A stretch of DNA of 18,640 nt from an uncultured Gammaproteobacteria bacterium (GTDB lineage Bacteria; Patescibacteriota; Microgenomatia; Daviesbacterales; UBA10151). Below are positions 9,048-16,445 of the stretch, in pieces; position 1 is the first letter of the stretch, and each line of letters opens with the position of its first letter. The notes under the pieces were generated by a model. The model had not been told where the DNA came from. It saw only the letters and a program-made list of their open reading frames with translations, and searched no databases. Made by a program: the position numbers and the translations under genes. The DNA lies in NCBI GenBank assembly GCA_964522265.1, contig CAZFVS010000007.1:1-18640 (forward strand), given 5' to 3'.

Positions 9048-10286
9048 ATGAAAATCTTAATGTTAACACCCTATCTTCCTTTCCCCCTTGTGACTGGGGG
9101 GCAAACACGGTCTTATAATCTGATCAAAAGGCTGGCAGAATTGGGACACAAAATTACATTATTTTGCCTGGTCAAGAAAGAAGAGGAGAGACAATATACC
9201 CATGAACTTGAAAAATTTTGTCAGGAGGTCCGGGTATTTAACAGGCCTCAAAAACCCTGGACTGTTAACAATGTTTTAAAAACCGGTTTCAGCTTTTACC
9301 CCTTTTTAGTTATCAGAAACTGGGCTTCAGGAGAAAAGGATGCGATAAAAGACAAACTAAAAAAGGAAAAATTTGACCTCATACATGCAGAAACATTTTA
9401 CGTGATGCCCCACATACCAAGTACTCCCATACCGATTGTTTTAGTTGACCAAACGATTGAATATAGGGTTTATCAGCATTATGTGGAGAGTTTTAAGGTG
9501 CCATTTTTTAAACCCTTGCTTTATATTGATGTAGCCAAAATGAAGTATTGGGAACTTAATTATTGGCGCAAAGCAAATAAAGTAATAGCCATGTCGGAGG
9601 AGGATAAAAAGATTATGCTTTTCCAAATACCGTCGCTCGATGTTGACATAGTTCCTAATGGGGTAGACAGCGGGCTGTTTGCGAAAAGGGTGTTTGAGAA
9701 ATCTAAAGATCCGGTAGTGCTATATCTCGGTAATTTTACCTGGCTGCAAAACAGGGAAGCTGTAGAAGTTTTAGTGGAAAAGATTTGGCCCAAAATTAAA
9801 TCAGAAGTTTCAAATGCCAGACTGTGGATAATCGGTAAAGATGCAGAAAAATTTTTCGGTAATCTAAAAAAAGACGAAATTAGAGTGGAGGAAGTTAAAG
9901 ATGTAAGAGAAGCTTACCAGGGAGCCACTGTTTTAGTGGCGCCAATATACGGTGCGGGCGGAACAAGGTATAAAAATTTTGAGGCTTTTGCTTCCGGTTT
10001 ACCGGTTGTCACAACATCAATTGGAATAGGCGGAACAGATGCAAAAAACGGGGTGGAGGTTATCATTGAGGATGAGCCGGTAAATATTGCAAAAGCTGCA
10101 ATAAAATTAATTCATGACAAAAAACTTCATGAAATTATTTCCAAAAATGCCAAAAAGATGGTTAGTGAAAAATATGATTGGATTTCAATAAGCAACAAAT
10201 TGAATGAGGTTTATAAGGAAACCTTGAAAACTTCATTTGAAAGGTTGACTTTCAAACTTGTTTATGAAGAGGTGAGCAATGGATAA
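9048..10286 (+). CDS. GT4 (group 1) glycosyltransferase
   Basis: MKILMLTPYLPFPLVTGGQTRSYNLIKRLAELGHKITLF is a typical GT4 N-domain start. The C-domain has GAGGTRYKNFEAFASGLPVVTTSIG (E-x7-E-like region). Confidence 0.85.
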   Translation: MKILMLTPYLPFPLVTGGQTRSYNLIKRLAELGHKITLFCLVKKEEERQYTHELEKFCQEVRVFNRPQKPWTVNNVLKTGFSFYPFLVIRNWASGEKDAIKDKLKKEKFDLIHAETFYVMPHIPSTPIPIVLVDQTIEYRVYQHYVESFKVPFFKPLLYIDVAKMKYWELNYWRKANKVIAMSEEDKKIMLFQIPSLDVDIVPNGVDSGLFAKRVFEKSKDPVVLYLGNFTWLQNREAVEVLVEKIWPKIKSEVSNARLWIIGKDAEKFFGNLKKDEIRVEEVKDVREAYQGATVLVAPIYGAGGTRYKNFEAFASGLPVVTTSIGIGGTDAKNGVEVIIEDEPVNIAKAAIKLIHDKKLHEIISKNAKKMVSEKYDWISISNKLNEVYKETLKTSFERLTFKLVYEEVSNG

Positions 10287-11148
10287 CTTATCAATCAGCA
10301 TTGTCAATTATAATGGGGGGGAATATTTAATAAAATGCTTAAAATCAATTAAAAAAGTCAGGAGAGAAGCACGAATAAGTGTGTATCTTATTGATAATGC
10401 TTCAACTGACGGAAGTATAGAGCTGGTTAAAAGAGGGAACCTTGCAGACCAATTAATAGAAAATCAGGAAAATTTGGGTTTTGGAAAAGCGCATAACCAG
10501 ATTTTAAAAATCGTAAAAGATGAAAATATACTGTTTTTAAACCCGGATACAGAACTTAAAAAAGGTGTTATATCTACGATGCTTAAATTTATGGAAGAAA
10601 ATAAGGATACTGGGGCAGCAACCTGCAAAATACTTTTACCGGACGGGTCACTTGATTGGGCCTCCCATAGGGGCTTTCCAACTCCTGCCGCCTCGTTTTT
10701 ATATTTTTTAGGAAACGATAGTTTATACCATCTATCAAGGAAAAACCTTGGGAAAATTCATGAAGTGGATGCGATATCAGGAGCATTTTTCCTGACCAGA
10801 AAATCAGTTTTAGATAAGGTGGGATTTTTTGATGAAGATTATTTTATGTATGCAGAAGATATAGATCTGTGTTTCAGGATAAAACAAAAAGGGTTAAAGG
10901 TAATGTATGTTCCGACAGTTGAAATAGTTCATCATAAAGGAGTTTCCTCCGGCTTAAAAAAACATAGCCAGATAATTACATCAGCAGATCTGGAAACAAA
11001 AAAAAGATCCCTTGATGCATTTTACAAGACAATGAAAATTTTCTATAAAAAACATTATGAAAAGTCATATCCATTCTTTGTTAACTGGATGATATATTTA
11101 GCAATTAATATGAAATGGATGATGGCTAAAAGAAAGTTGGTGGTGTGA
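10279..11148 (+). CDS. GT2 glycosyltransferase (paralogue of 5129..6016)
   Basis: LSISIVNYNGGEYL...LIDNASTDGS, NQENLGFGKAHN, EDYFMYAEDIDLCFRIKQKGLKV. Overlaps the upstream GT4 gene by 8 nt. Confidence 0.85.
   Translation: MDNLSISIVNYNGGEYLIKCLKSIKKVRREARISVYLIDNASTDGSIELVKRGNLADQLIENQENLGFGKAHNQILKIVKDENILFLNPDTELKKGVISTMLKFMEENKDTGAATCKILLPDGSLDWASHRGFPTPAASFLYFLGNDSLYHLSRKNLGKIHEVDAISGAFFLTRKSVLDKVGFFDEDYFMYAEDIDLCFRIKQKGLKVMYVPTVEIVHHKGVSSGLKKHSQIITSADLETKKRSLDAFYKTMKIFYKKHYEKSYPFFVNWMIYLAINMKWMMAKRKLVV
10315..10321 (+). repeat. homopolymeric G7 tract inside GT2 CDS
   Basis: Read directly: aat ggg ggg gaa encoding N-G-G-E. Confidence 0.95.
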
Positions 11149-11149
11149 A

Positions 11150-12322
11150 ATGCGTTTTGGAATTGACGGGCGGATGTATTCGGAATCAGGGGTGGGCAGG
11201 TATATCAGAAATTTAATTGCAGAGCTGCAGGTTTTAGATAACAGAAATGAATATTATATATTCCTCTTGAAAAAAGACTATAATTCTCTAACGTATCATA
11301 GTGGAAATTTCAAGAAGGTGGTGGCGGATTTTAAATGGTATGGGTTTGAGGAACAGATTAAGTTTCCGCCACTTCTTAGAAAATATAATTTAGATTTAGT
11401 TCATTTCCCGCATTTTAGCGTCCCTATTTTTTACAAAGAAAAATTTGTTGTGACAATTCATGACTTGATCCACCAAAAATTTTCTATGCAAAGGGTTACA
11501 ACACACGGACCAATTTTGTATAAAGTTAAACAATTAGGTTATAAAAAAGTTTTTGGAGATGCGATAAAAAGATCGGAAAAAATTCTAGTTCCGTCTAATT
11601 TTGTTAAAAATCAACTAATCAATAAATGGTGGGTTAAAGCTGAAAAGATTATGGTGTCTCACGAGGCAGTTGAGGGACAAATAATCGCTATAGCGACTCA
11701 TTGTACCCAAAATAAAATTGACCAGGTGCTGAAAAAATTTAAGATTAATGGATCCTATATTTTTTATGTTGGGAATGCGCATCCGCATAAAAACGTGGAA
11801 GGGCTAATCGCTGCCTTCAGGCAGCTCAAAGTCAAAAGTCAAAAGTCAAAAGTCAAAAATAATGATTTAAAATTAATATTGGCAGGGCAGGACCATTATT
11901 TTTGGGAGAGGATAAAGAAAGAGTTGCAAGAGTCCAGAGTCCGGAGTCCAGAGGATATTATTTTTACAGGTCATGTGAGTGATGAGGAAATGGTGGCATT
12001 ATATAAAAGTGCAGAGTGTTTTGTCATGCCGTCTCTTGAAGAAGGGTTTGGGATCCCAATTTTAGAAGCCATGGCATGCAGTTGTCCAGTTGTTTCATCC
12101 AATGGCGGTTCACTGCCAGAAGTGGGTGGTGATGCATGCATTTATTTTGATCCGCACAACATTGATGATATGGCAGAAAAAATTTCCCTTCTCTGTCATC
12201 CTGAACGGAACGAAGGATCTAATGAATTAAGACAGCAATTAATAGAAAAAGGACAAAAAAGATATAAGGAGTTTAGTTGGAAAAAATTAGCTGAAAAAAC
12301 CTTAGAAATATACAAAAGTTAA
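11150..12322 (+). CDS. GT4 (group 1) glycosyltransferase carrying three in-frame repeat-derived inserts
   Basis: SLEEGFGIPILEAMACSCPVVSSNGGSLPEVGG (E-x7-E) and the FSWKKLAEK tail. The ATG lies 1 nt after the upstream TGA, with a GGTGGTG SD-like motif upstream. Confidence 0.85.
   Translation: MRFGIDGRMYSESGVGRYIRNLIAELQVLDNRNEYYIFLLKKDYNSLTYHSGNFKKVVADFKWYGFEEQIKFPPLLRKYNLDLVHFPHFSVPIFYKEKFVVTIHDLIHQKFSMQRVTTHGPILYKVKQLGYKKVFGDAIKRSEKILVPSNFVKNQLINKWWVKAEKIMVSHEAVEGQIIAIATHCTQNKIDQVLKKFKINGSYIFYVGNAHPHKNVEGLIAAFRQLKVKSQKSKVKNNDLKLILAGQDHYFWERIKKELQESRVRSPEDIIFTGHVSDEEMVALYKSAECFVMPSLEEGFGIPILEAMACSCPVVSSNGGSLPEVGGDACIYFDPHNIDDMAEKISLLCHPERNEGSNELRQQLIEKGQKRYKEFSWKKLAEKTLEIYKS
11826..11858 (+). 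repeat. heptanucleotide tandem repeat (GTCAAAA) x4 plus a partial unit, inside the GT4 CDS
   Basis: Read directly: tcaaa gtcaaaa gtcaaaa gtcaaaa gtcaaaa, translated as KVKSQKSKVK. Confidence 0.95.
11929..11953 (+). repeat. heptanucleotide tandem repeat (RGAGTCC) about 3.5 copies, inside the GT4 CDS
   Basis: Read directly: agagtcc agagtcc ggagtcc agag, translated as ESRVRSPE. Contains three GAGTC (GANTC) sites. Confidence 0.95.
12195..12220 (+). repeat. in-frame hairpin-type mini-insert inside the GT4 CDS
   Basis: gtcATCCTgaacggaacgaAGGATct has a 5-bp stem (12198..12202 with 12214..12218). The 11-nt loop contains GAACG twice. It encodes CHPERNEGS, about 6 residues longer than the equivalent segment of the paralogue at 1879..3012 when aligned by eye. 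Confidence 0.6.
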
Positions 12323-12359
12323 AGACCGCGATCGTTAATTGTTTGAAGAAAAGAGCTTA

Positions 12360-12713
12360 TCAATAAGATCCATAAATCTCCTCAACTAAATCACCAAATG
12401 AAAGAGGTCTCCAACTGTAACGCTTTTGTTTTCCTAATCTTGTATATCTAGAACGAATATTTGCATCATTAATTTCGTAACCGCGCAATATAAGGCCAAG
12501 TGGTTCTTCGTTTCTCAGATCATGAAATAATTTTTGAGTAGTTGTAACCCAAACTGTATTCTCATCCTCAATTCTGGTTATACATTTCAGATCTGGAAAG
12601 CCATATTTTGGGTGATCCACAAATTCTAGTGGTTCTATAGTTAAATCATCCATTTTTTTGGGCTTTCTTTTTAAAAGACCCCAAAGGTAAATTGTTTGAA
12701 CTTCAACTGGCAC
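12360..12713 (-). CDS. hypothetical protein (only minus-strand gene in the window)
   Basis: ORF of 117 codons opening at a GTG. The ATG at 12653 (MDDLTIEPLEF, 97 aa) is a more likely start. No hydrophobic segments and no recognisable motif. Convergent with the GT4 at 11150..12322 and divergent from the GT4 at 12769..13860. Confidence 0.5.
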   Translation of the reverse strand: MPVEVQTIYLWGLLKRKPKKMDDLTIEPLEFVDHPKYGFPDLKCITRIEDENTVWVTTTQKLFHDLRNEEPLGLILRGYEINDANIRSRYTRLGKQKRYSWRPLSFGDLVEEIYGSY

Positions 12714-12733
12714 AGTTCTGAATTATAGAACAT

Positions 12734-12761
12734 TTGATATTAAAGTCAATACTGTTAAAAT
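12734..12761 (+). promoter_or_regulatory. candidate sigma70-like promoter for the 12769 transcription unit
   Basis: TTGATA (12734..12739), a 16-nt spacer, then TAAAAT (12756..12761). The -10 ends only 7 nt before the ATG at 12769 and there is no SD, which would imply a leaderless or near-leaderless mRNA. An AT-rich background makes chance matches likely. Confidence 0.25.
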
Positions 12762-12768
12762 TGTTTTA

Positions 12769-13860
12769 ATGAAAATAGCTCTTGTCCATGATGACCTAGT
12801 TCAATGGGGTGGAGCGGAGAGGGTGTTGCTTGCAATCTCTGAGCTTTTTCCGGAAGCCCCAATTTATACCTCTGTTTTTGACAGAGACAATCAGTTGCTG
12901 CAAAAAATGTTTGGAACCAAAAAAATCCAAACTTCTTTTATTCAAAAAATCCCCGGTTGGAATCATATGTACAAAATGCTTTTGCCACTCTACCCCATTG
13001 CTTTTGAGCAGTTTGATTTCTCAGAGTTTGATTTAGTTATCTCTCACGGAACCAGGTTTGCAAAATCCATTATTACCAAACCTGAAACAAAGCATATCCA
13101 CTATTCGCATACCCCGCCCAGGTTTTTATGGAATTTTTCTGGTGAAAGAGCACCAAAAATTTTGAATCCCTATTTAAGTTTTTTAAGAATTTATGATCAG
13201 ATATCTGCTTCAAGGGTTGACTTTTGGATATCAGGTTCAAAAAATTGCCAAAAAAGGCTCAAAAAGATTTATCATGTTGAAAGCAGTTTGTGCCAGCCAT
13301 TTGTAGATGATTTATTCTTTAGCAATATTGAGACTTTTGATGGGGATTATTATCTGATAATTTCCAGATTGAATAGCTATAAAAAAATTGATATTGCAAT
13401 TGATGTTTTTAATAAAAACAGGCAAAAATTAAAAGTTGTGGGTATAGGTTCTCAATTAGGAGAATTACAGAGAAAGGGGGGAAAGAATATAGAATTCCTG
13501 GGGGTGGTTTCTGAGGAAATCTTAGTCAACCTCTTATCCGGCTGCAGAGCGTTAATTGTGGCAGCAGAAGAGGATTTTGGGCTGGTGGCTTTAGAAGCTC
13601 AGGCTATGGGGAAACCTGTCTTAGCCTTTGGGGCTGGAGGAGTAAAGGAGACGGTTTTAGACGGCGAAACCGGTATCTTTTTTGAAGAACAGACGGCAGA
13701 AAGTATGAAATCGGGTTTGGAAAAACTCTGTAATATGAAAAATAATCCCAAAAGATGCAAAAACCAAGCTGGAAAATTTACCAAAGAAAAATTTAAAGAT
13801 CAATTTTTATCAATTATTGAAAAATCGGGTAAAGTGACTAAAATATATTATGATGTATGA
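12769..13860 (+). CDS. GT4 (group 1) glycosyltransferase
   Basis: MKIALVHDDLVQWGGAERVL N-terminus and AAEEDFGLVALEAQAMGKPVLAFGAGGVKETV (E-x7-E). Confidence 0.85.
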   Translation: MKIALVHDDLVQWGGAERVLLAISELFPEAPIYTSVFDRDNQLLQKMFGTKKIQTSFIQKIPGWNHMYKMLLPLYPIAFEQFDFSEFDLVISHGTRFAKSIITKPETKHIHYSHTPPRFLWNFSGERAPKILNPYLSFLRIYDQISASRVDFWISGSKNCQKRLKKIYHVESSLCQPFVDDLFFSNIETFDGDYYLIISRLNSYKKIDIAIDVFNKNRQKLKVVGIGSQLGELQRKGGKNIEFLGVVSEEILVNLLSGCRALIVAAEEDFGLVALEAQAMGKPVLAFGAGGVKETVLDGETGIFFEEQTAESMKSGLEKLCNMKNNPKRCKNQAGKFTKEKFKDQFLSIIEKSGKVTKIYYDV

Positions 13861-14485
13861 TCTTTTAAAAAGGATATTTGATATCTTGGGCTCAGTTTTG
13901 GGTATGATCGTTTTATTCCTCCCTCTTTTGATCGTTGCTATTCTTATCAAGATTGATTCCAAAGGTCCGGTTTTTGCAGATACACCGATGAGGGTAGGGA
14001 TGAACGGTCATCTATTTAAGATGTATAAGTTCAGGTCAATGGTTATTGGTGCTTATGAAATCCTTAAAAAGGATCCACAGCTTTACAAAAAATATAAGCA
14101 GAACAGTTATAAACTGGATATAGGAGAAGATCCAAGGGTAACAAAATTCGGTCGTTTCATCAGAAAAAGCTCTCTTGATGAGTTTCCGCAGCTTTTGAAT
14201 ATCTTAAGGGGAGAGATGAGTTTGGTAGGTCCCAGAGCATATTACCCGTTTGAACTTGAAGAACAGCAAGAAAGGTATCCAAAATCCAAAGAATTTGTTA
14301 AAATTATTTTATCTGCAAAGCCGGGACTGACTGGTGTTTGGCAGGTTTCCGGGAGATCCAATATAAACTTTGAAAAAAGAGTTGAAATGGACGCTCAATA
14401 TGTACAAAGAAGATCCATTCTTTATGACATTTATTTAATTTTAAAAACCGTACCAGCAGTCTTATTTGAGACTGGTTCGGTATAA
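13850..14485 (+). CDS. small monotopic phosphoglycosyl transferase (Bac_transf; PglC/WbaP C-terminal-domain-like initiating sugar transferase)
   Basis: KRIFDILGSVLGMIVLFLPLLIVAILIKIDSKGPVF (re-entrant helix), FKMYKFRSM, and LDEFPQLLNILRGEMSLVGPRA with the Asp-Glu dyad. About 210 aa. Confidence 0.9.
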   Translation: MMYDLLKRIFDILGSVLGMIVLFLPLLIVAILIKIDSKGPVFADTPMRVGMNGHLFKMYKFRSMVIGAYEILKKDPQLYKKYKQNSYKLDIGEDPRVTKFGRFIRKSSLDEFPQLLNILRGEMSLVGPRAYYPFELEEQQERYPKSKEFVKIILSAKPGLTGVWQVSGRSNINFEKRVEMDAQYVQRRSILYDIYLILKTVPAVLFETGSV

Positions 14486-14501
14486 GGAAAGTTCACTGCC
14501 A

Positions 14502-16412
14502 ATGGCATTTGTAAATTTAAACAAAAAATTACATACTACCAGATCAACCAAGATCCGTTATTACGTTAAGGATGGAAGATCTAAAAAAAGATGGGTTAGT
14601 CTGCTTCTTTGTTTACTCATTCTATTTGTAGGAATCTATCTTCCGGTAAGAGGAGTGTACCAGTCTGCAAAAAGAATAGTCATGGCAGCAAAAAACGTTA
14701 ACAATGCCGCTAAACAGGCAAACCTTGATGATATAAGAAAAAATTTAAGGGAAATGAGGCAAGCAAGCGACAGTTTAAACACCTCTCTTAATTTTTTAGT
14801 CTGGGTAAGGCTTATTCCATATTTTGGCGGTTTTTATATTGATGCGGTCCATTTCTCTAAAGCTGCAGTCTATGAACTGGATGCAGCAATAAAAGCTACA
14901 GACTTACTGGATCCTTATAAAAATGAATTGGGTTTTACCGGGCAGCCTATCGCGGGACAGGATAGGGTGGCCCAAGTTGTAAAAATTTTGGATAAAACTA
15001 TTCCTAACATTGGCCAGATTGAGCCCCAATTAAAAAAAGCAAGTGTTGAGGTTGAAAGTATTGATGTGTCCAAATACCCTGAAAAATTTGGGCCAAAGGA
15101 TATAAGGTCAAGGGTAGACACAGCTAAAAATTTTATTACAGGAGCATATTTTGCAGTATCTCAGGCGAGGTCTGCTTTAGAAGCGGCTCCGGGGGCACTG
15201 GGTGAACCTACACCCAAAAACTACCTGATTATTTTCCAAAATGATAAGGAGCTTAGAGCAACCGGAGGGTTTATGACTGCCTATGCTTTTTTAAAACTTG
15301 ATAAAGGACATGTTTCTTCTTCAACCTCTGACGACATATATAGGCTTGATGAAAAACTTCTAAGTGTTTGTAAGTCTAAAATATGTCCGTTAACCCCTCC
15401 TGCCCCATTGGTTAAATACCTTCCTGAGGCAAACGGTAAACCCAGGACAGCCTGGAGTATGAGAGATTCAAATATTTCTCCGGATTTACCAACAAGTTTG
15501 GGTAATTTTGAAAAAATGTACACTTTACTTGGTGAGGGTACGCCTTTTGACGGGATTATCATGATCGATACCTATGTAGTTGAAGAGTTGATCAAAATCA
15601 CCGGCCCAGTTGAGGTGTTCGGCACTAAATTTTCTGCGGATTTTGATAAAAGATGCAACTGCCCCAATGTTATCTATGAGCTGGAAAATTATGCCCAGGT
15701 AATTGAAAAAGGTGAACAGGATAGAAAAGCAATACTTGGTACTTTAATGCAGCAGATTTTAGCAAGATCGCTGGGTGCATCTACTGAGAAAACACCGGAG
15801 TTTATTAATACCGGTGTTAAGCTTGCCAACTCTAAACATATTATGTTTTTTATGCATGATGGGAAAACCCAAAATGCATTGACCCAGTTGAATTGGACAG
15901 GAGCGATCAACCCTCTAGCAGGCTCAGGGCAGGACAAAGGTGACTATCTTCATATAAATGATTCAAATTTTGCCGGAGGAAAGTCTAATCTATACGTTGA
16001 AGAAGAAGTAAGTTTGGATATTGACTCAAAATCCGGAAAGCATAAATTGACAATCAGTTATAAAAACCCGCAGAAATATGATTCATGGTTAAACCAGAGA
16101 AACAGGGATTATGTCAGGATTTATGTACCGAAAGGGAGCAAGCTAACTGGTTCTAAAGGATCTGATGTCCAAGTAACTACTATTGATGAGGAGTTGGGAA
16201 AAACTGTTTTTGAAGCATTCATAGAAGTCCGTCCCCAAAATTCAAGACAGTTGGTTTTTGAATATGATGCTCCAAATATGGAAGAAAAAGATGGCAAATA
16301 TCCACTTTTGATCCAAAAACAGCCAGGAACAAAGGATCACAAATATGAAGTTAAAGTAGATGGGAAAAAACAGGAGTTTAGGTTGGATAATGACAAGGAA
16401 TTAAAGCTTTAA
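14502..16412 (+). CDS. DUF4012 domain membrane-anchored protein
   Basis: One N-terminal TM helix (WVSLLLCLLILFVGIYLPV) and a large hydrophilic body. It carries NYLIIFQNDKELRATGGFMTAYAFLKLDKGHV, the ELR-x-TGG core I associate with DUF4012. The ORF opens at the TTG at 14466. The ATG at 14502 has AAGGAAAG upstream and follows the upstream stop. Confidence 0.7.
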   Translation: MAFVNLNKKLHTTRSTKIRYYVKDGRSKKRWVSLLLCLLILFVGIYLPVRGVYQSAKRIVMAAKNVNNAAKQANLDDIRKNLREMRQASDSLNTSLNFLVWVRLIPYFGGFYIDAVHFSKAAVYELDAAIKATDLLDPYKNELGFTGQPIAGQDRVAQVVKILDKTIPNIGQIEPQLKKASVEVESIDVSKYPEKFGPKDIRSRVDTAKNFITGAYFAVSQARSALEAAPGALGEPTPKNYLIIFQNDKELRATGGFMTAYAFLKLDKGHVSSSTSDDIYRLDEKLLSVCKSKICPLTPPAPLVKYLPEANGKPRTAWSMRDSNISPDLPTSLGNFEKMYTLLGEGTPFDGIIMIDTYVVEELIKITGPVEVFGTKFSADFDKRCNCPNVIYELENYAQVIEKGEQDRKAILGTLMQQILARSLGASTEKTPEFINTGVKLANSKHIMFFMHDGKTQNALTQLNWTGAINPLAGSGQDKGDYLHINDSNFAGGKSNLYVEEEVSLDIDSKSGKHKLTISYKNPQKYDSWLNQRNRDYVRIYVPKGSKLTGSKGSDVQVTTIDEELGKTVFEAFIEVRPQNSRQLVFEYDAPNMEEKDGKYPLLIQKQPGTKDHKYEVKVDGKKQEFRLDNDKELKL

Positions 16413-16445
16413 ATTACCCTCAATAAATACTAAACTTCATTGTGT

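Noticed and set aside
1118-13860. A possible alternative genetic code (UGA recoding), as in some candidate-phyla bacteria.
   Set aside because: TGA terminates several well-supported genes at the expected length. These include the ATGA overlaps at 1118-1121, 3009-3012, 4572-4575 and 5129-5132, plus the TGA stops at 11146-11148 and 13858-13860. The standard code 11 fits.
1868-16445. Most non-overlapping gene starts (1879, 3937, 9048, 12769, 16446) lack a Shine-Dalgarno motif. Some have TATAAT-like hexamers 6-8 nt upstream (3925..3930 and 12756..12761), hinting at leaderless translation.
   Set aside because: In an AT-rich sequence, TATAAT-like hexamers arise by chance. A handful of starts in one window cannot establish an SD-independent or leaderless regime. 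I kept only the 12734..12761 candidate, at low confidence.
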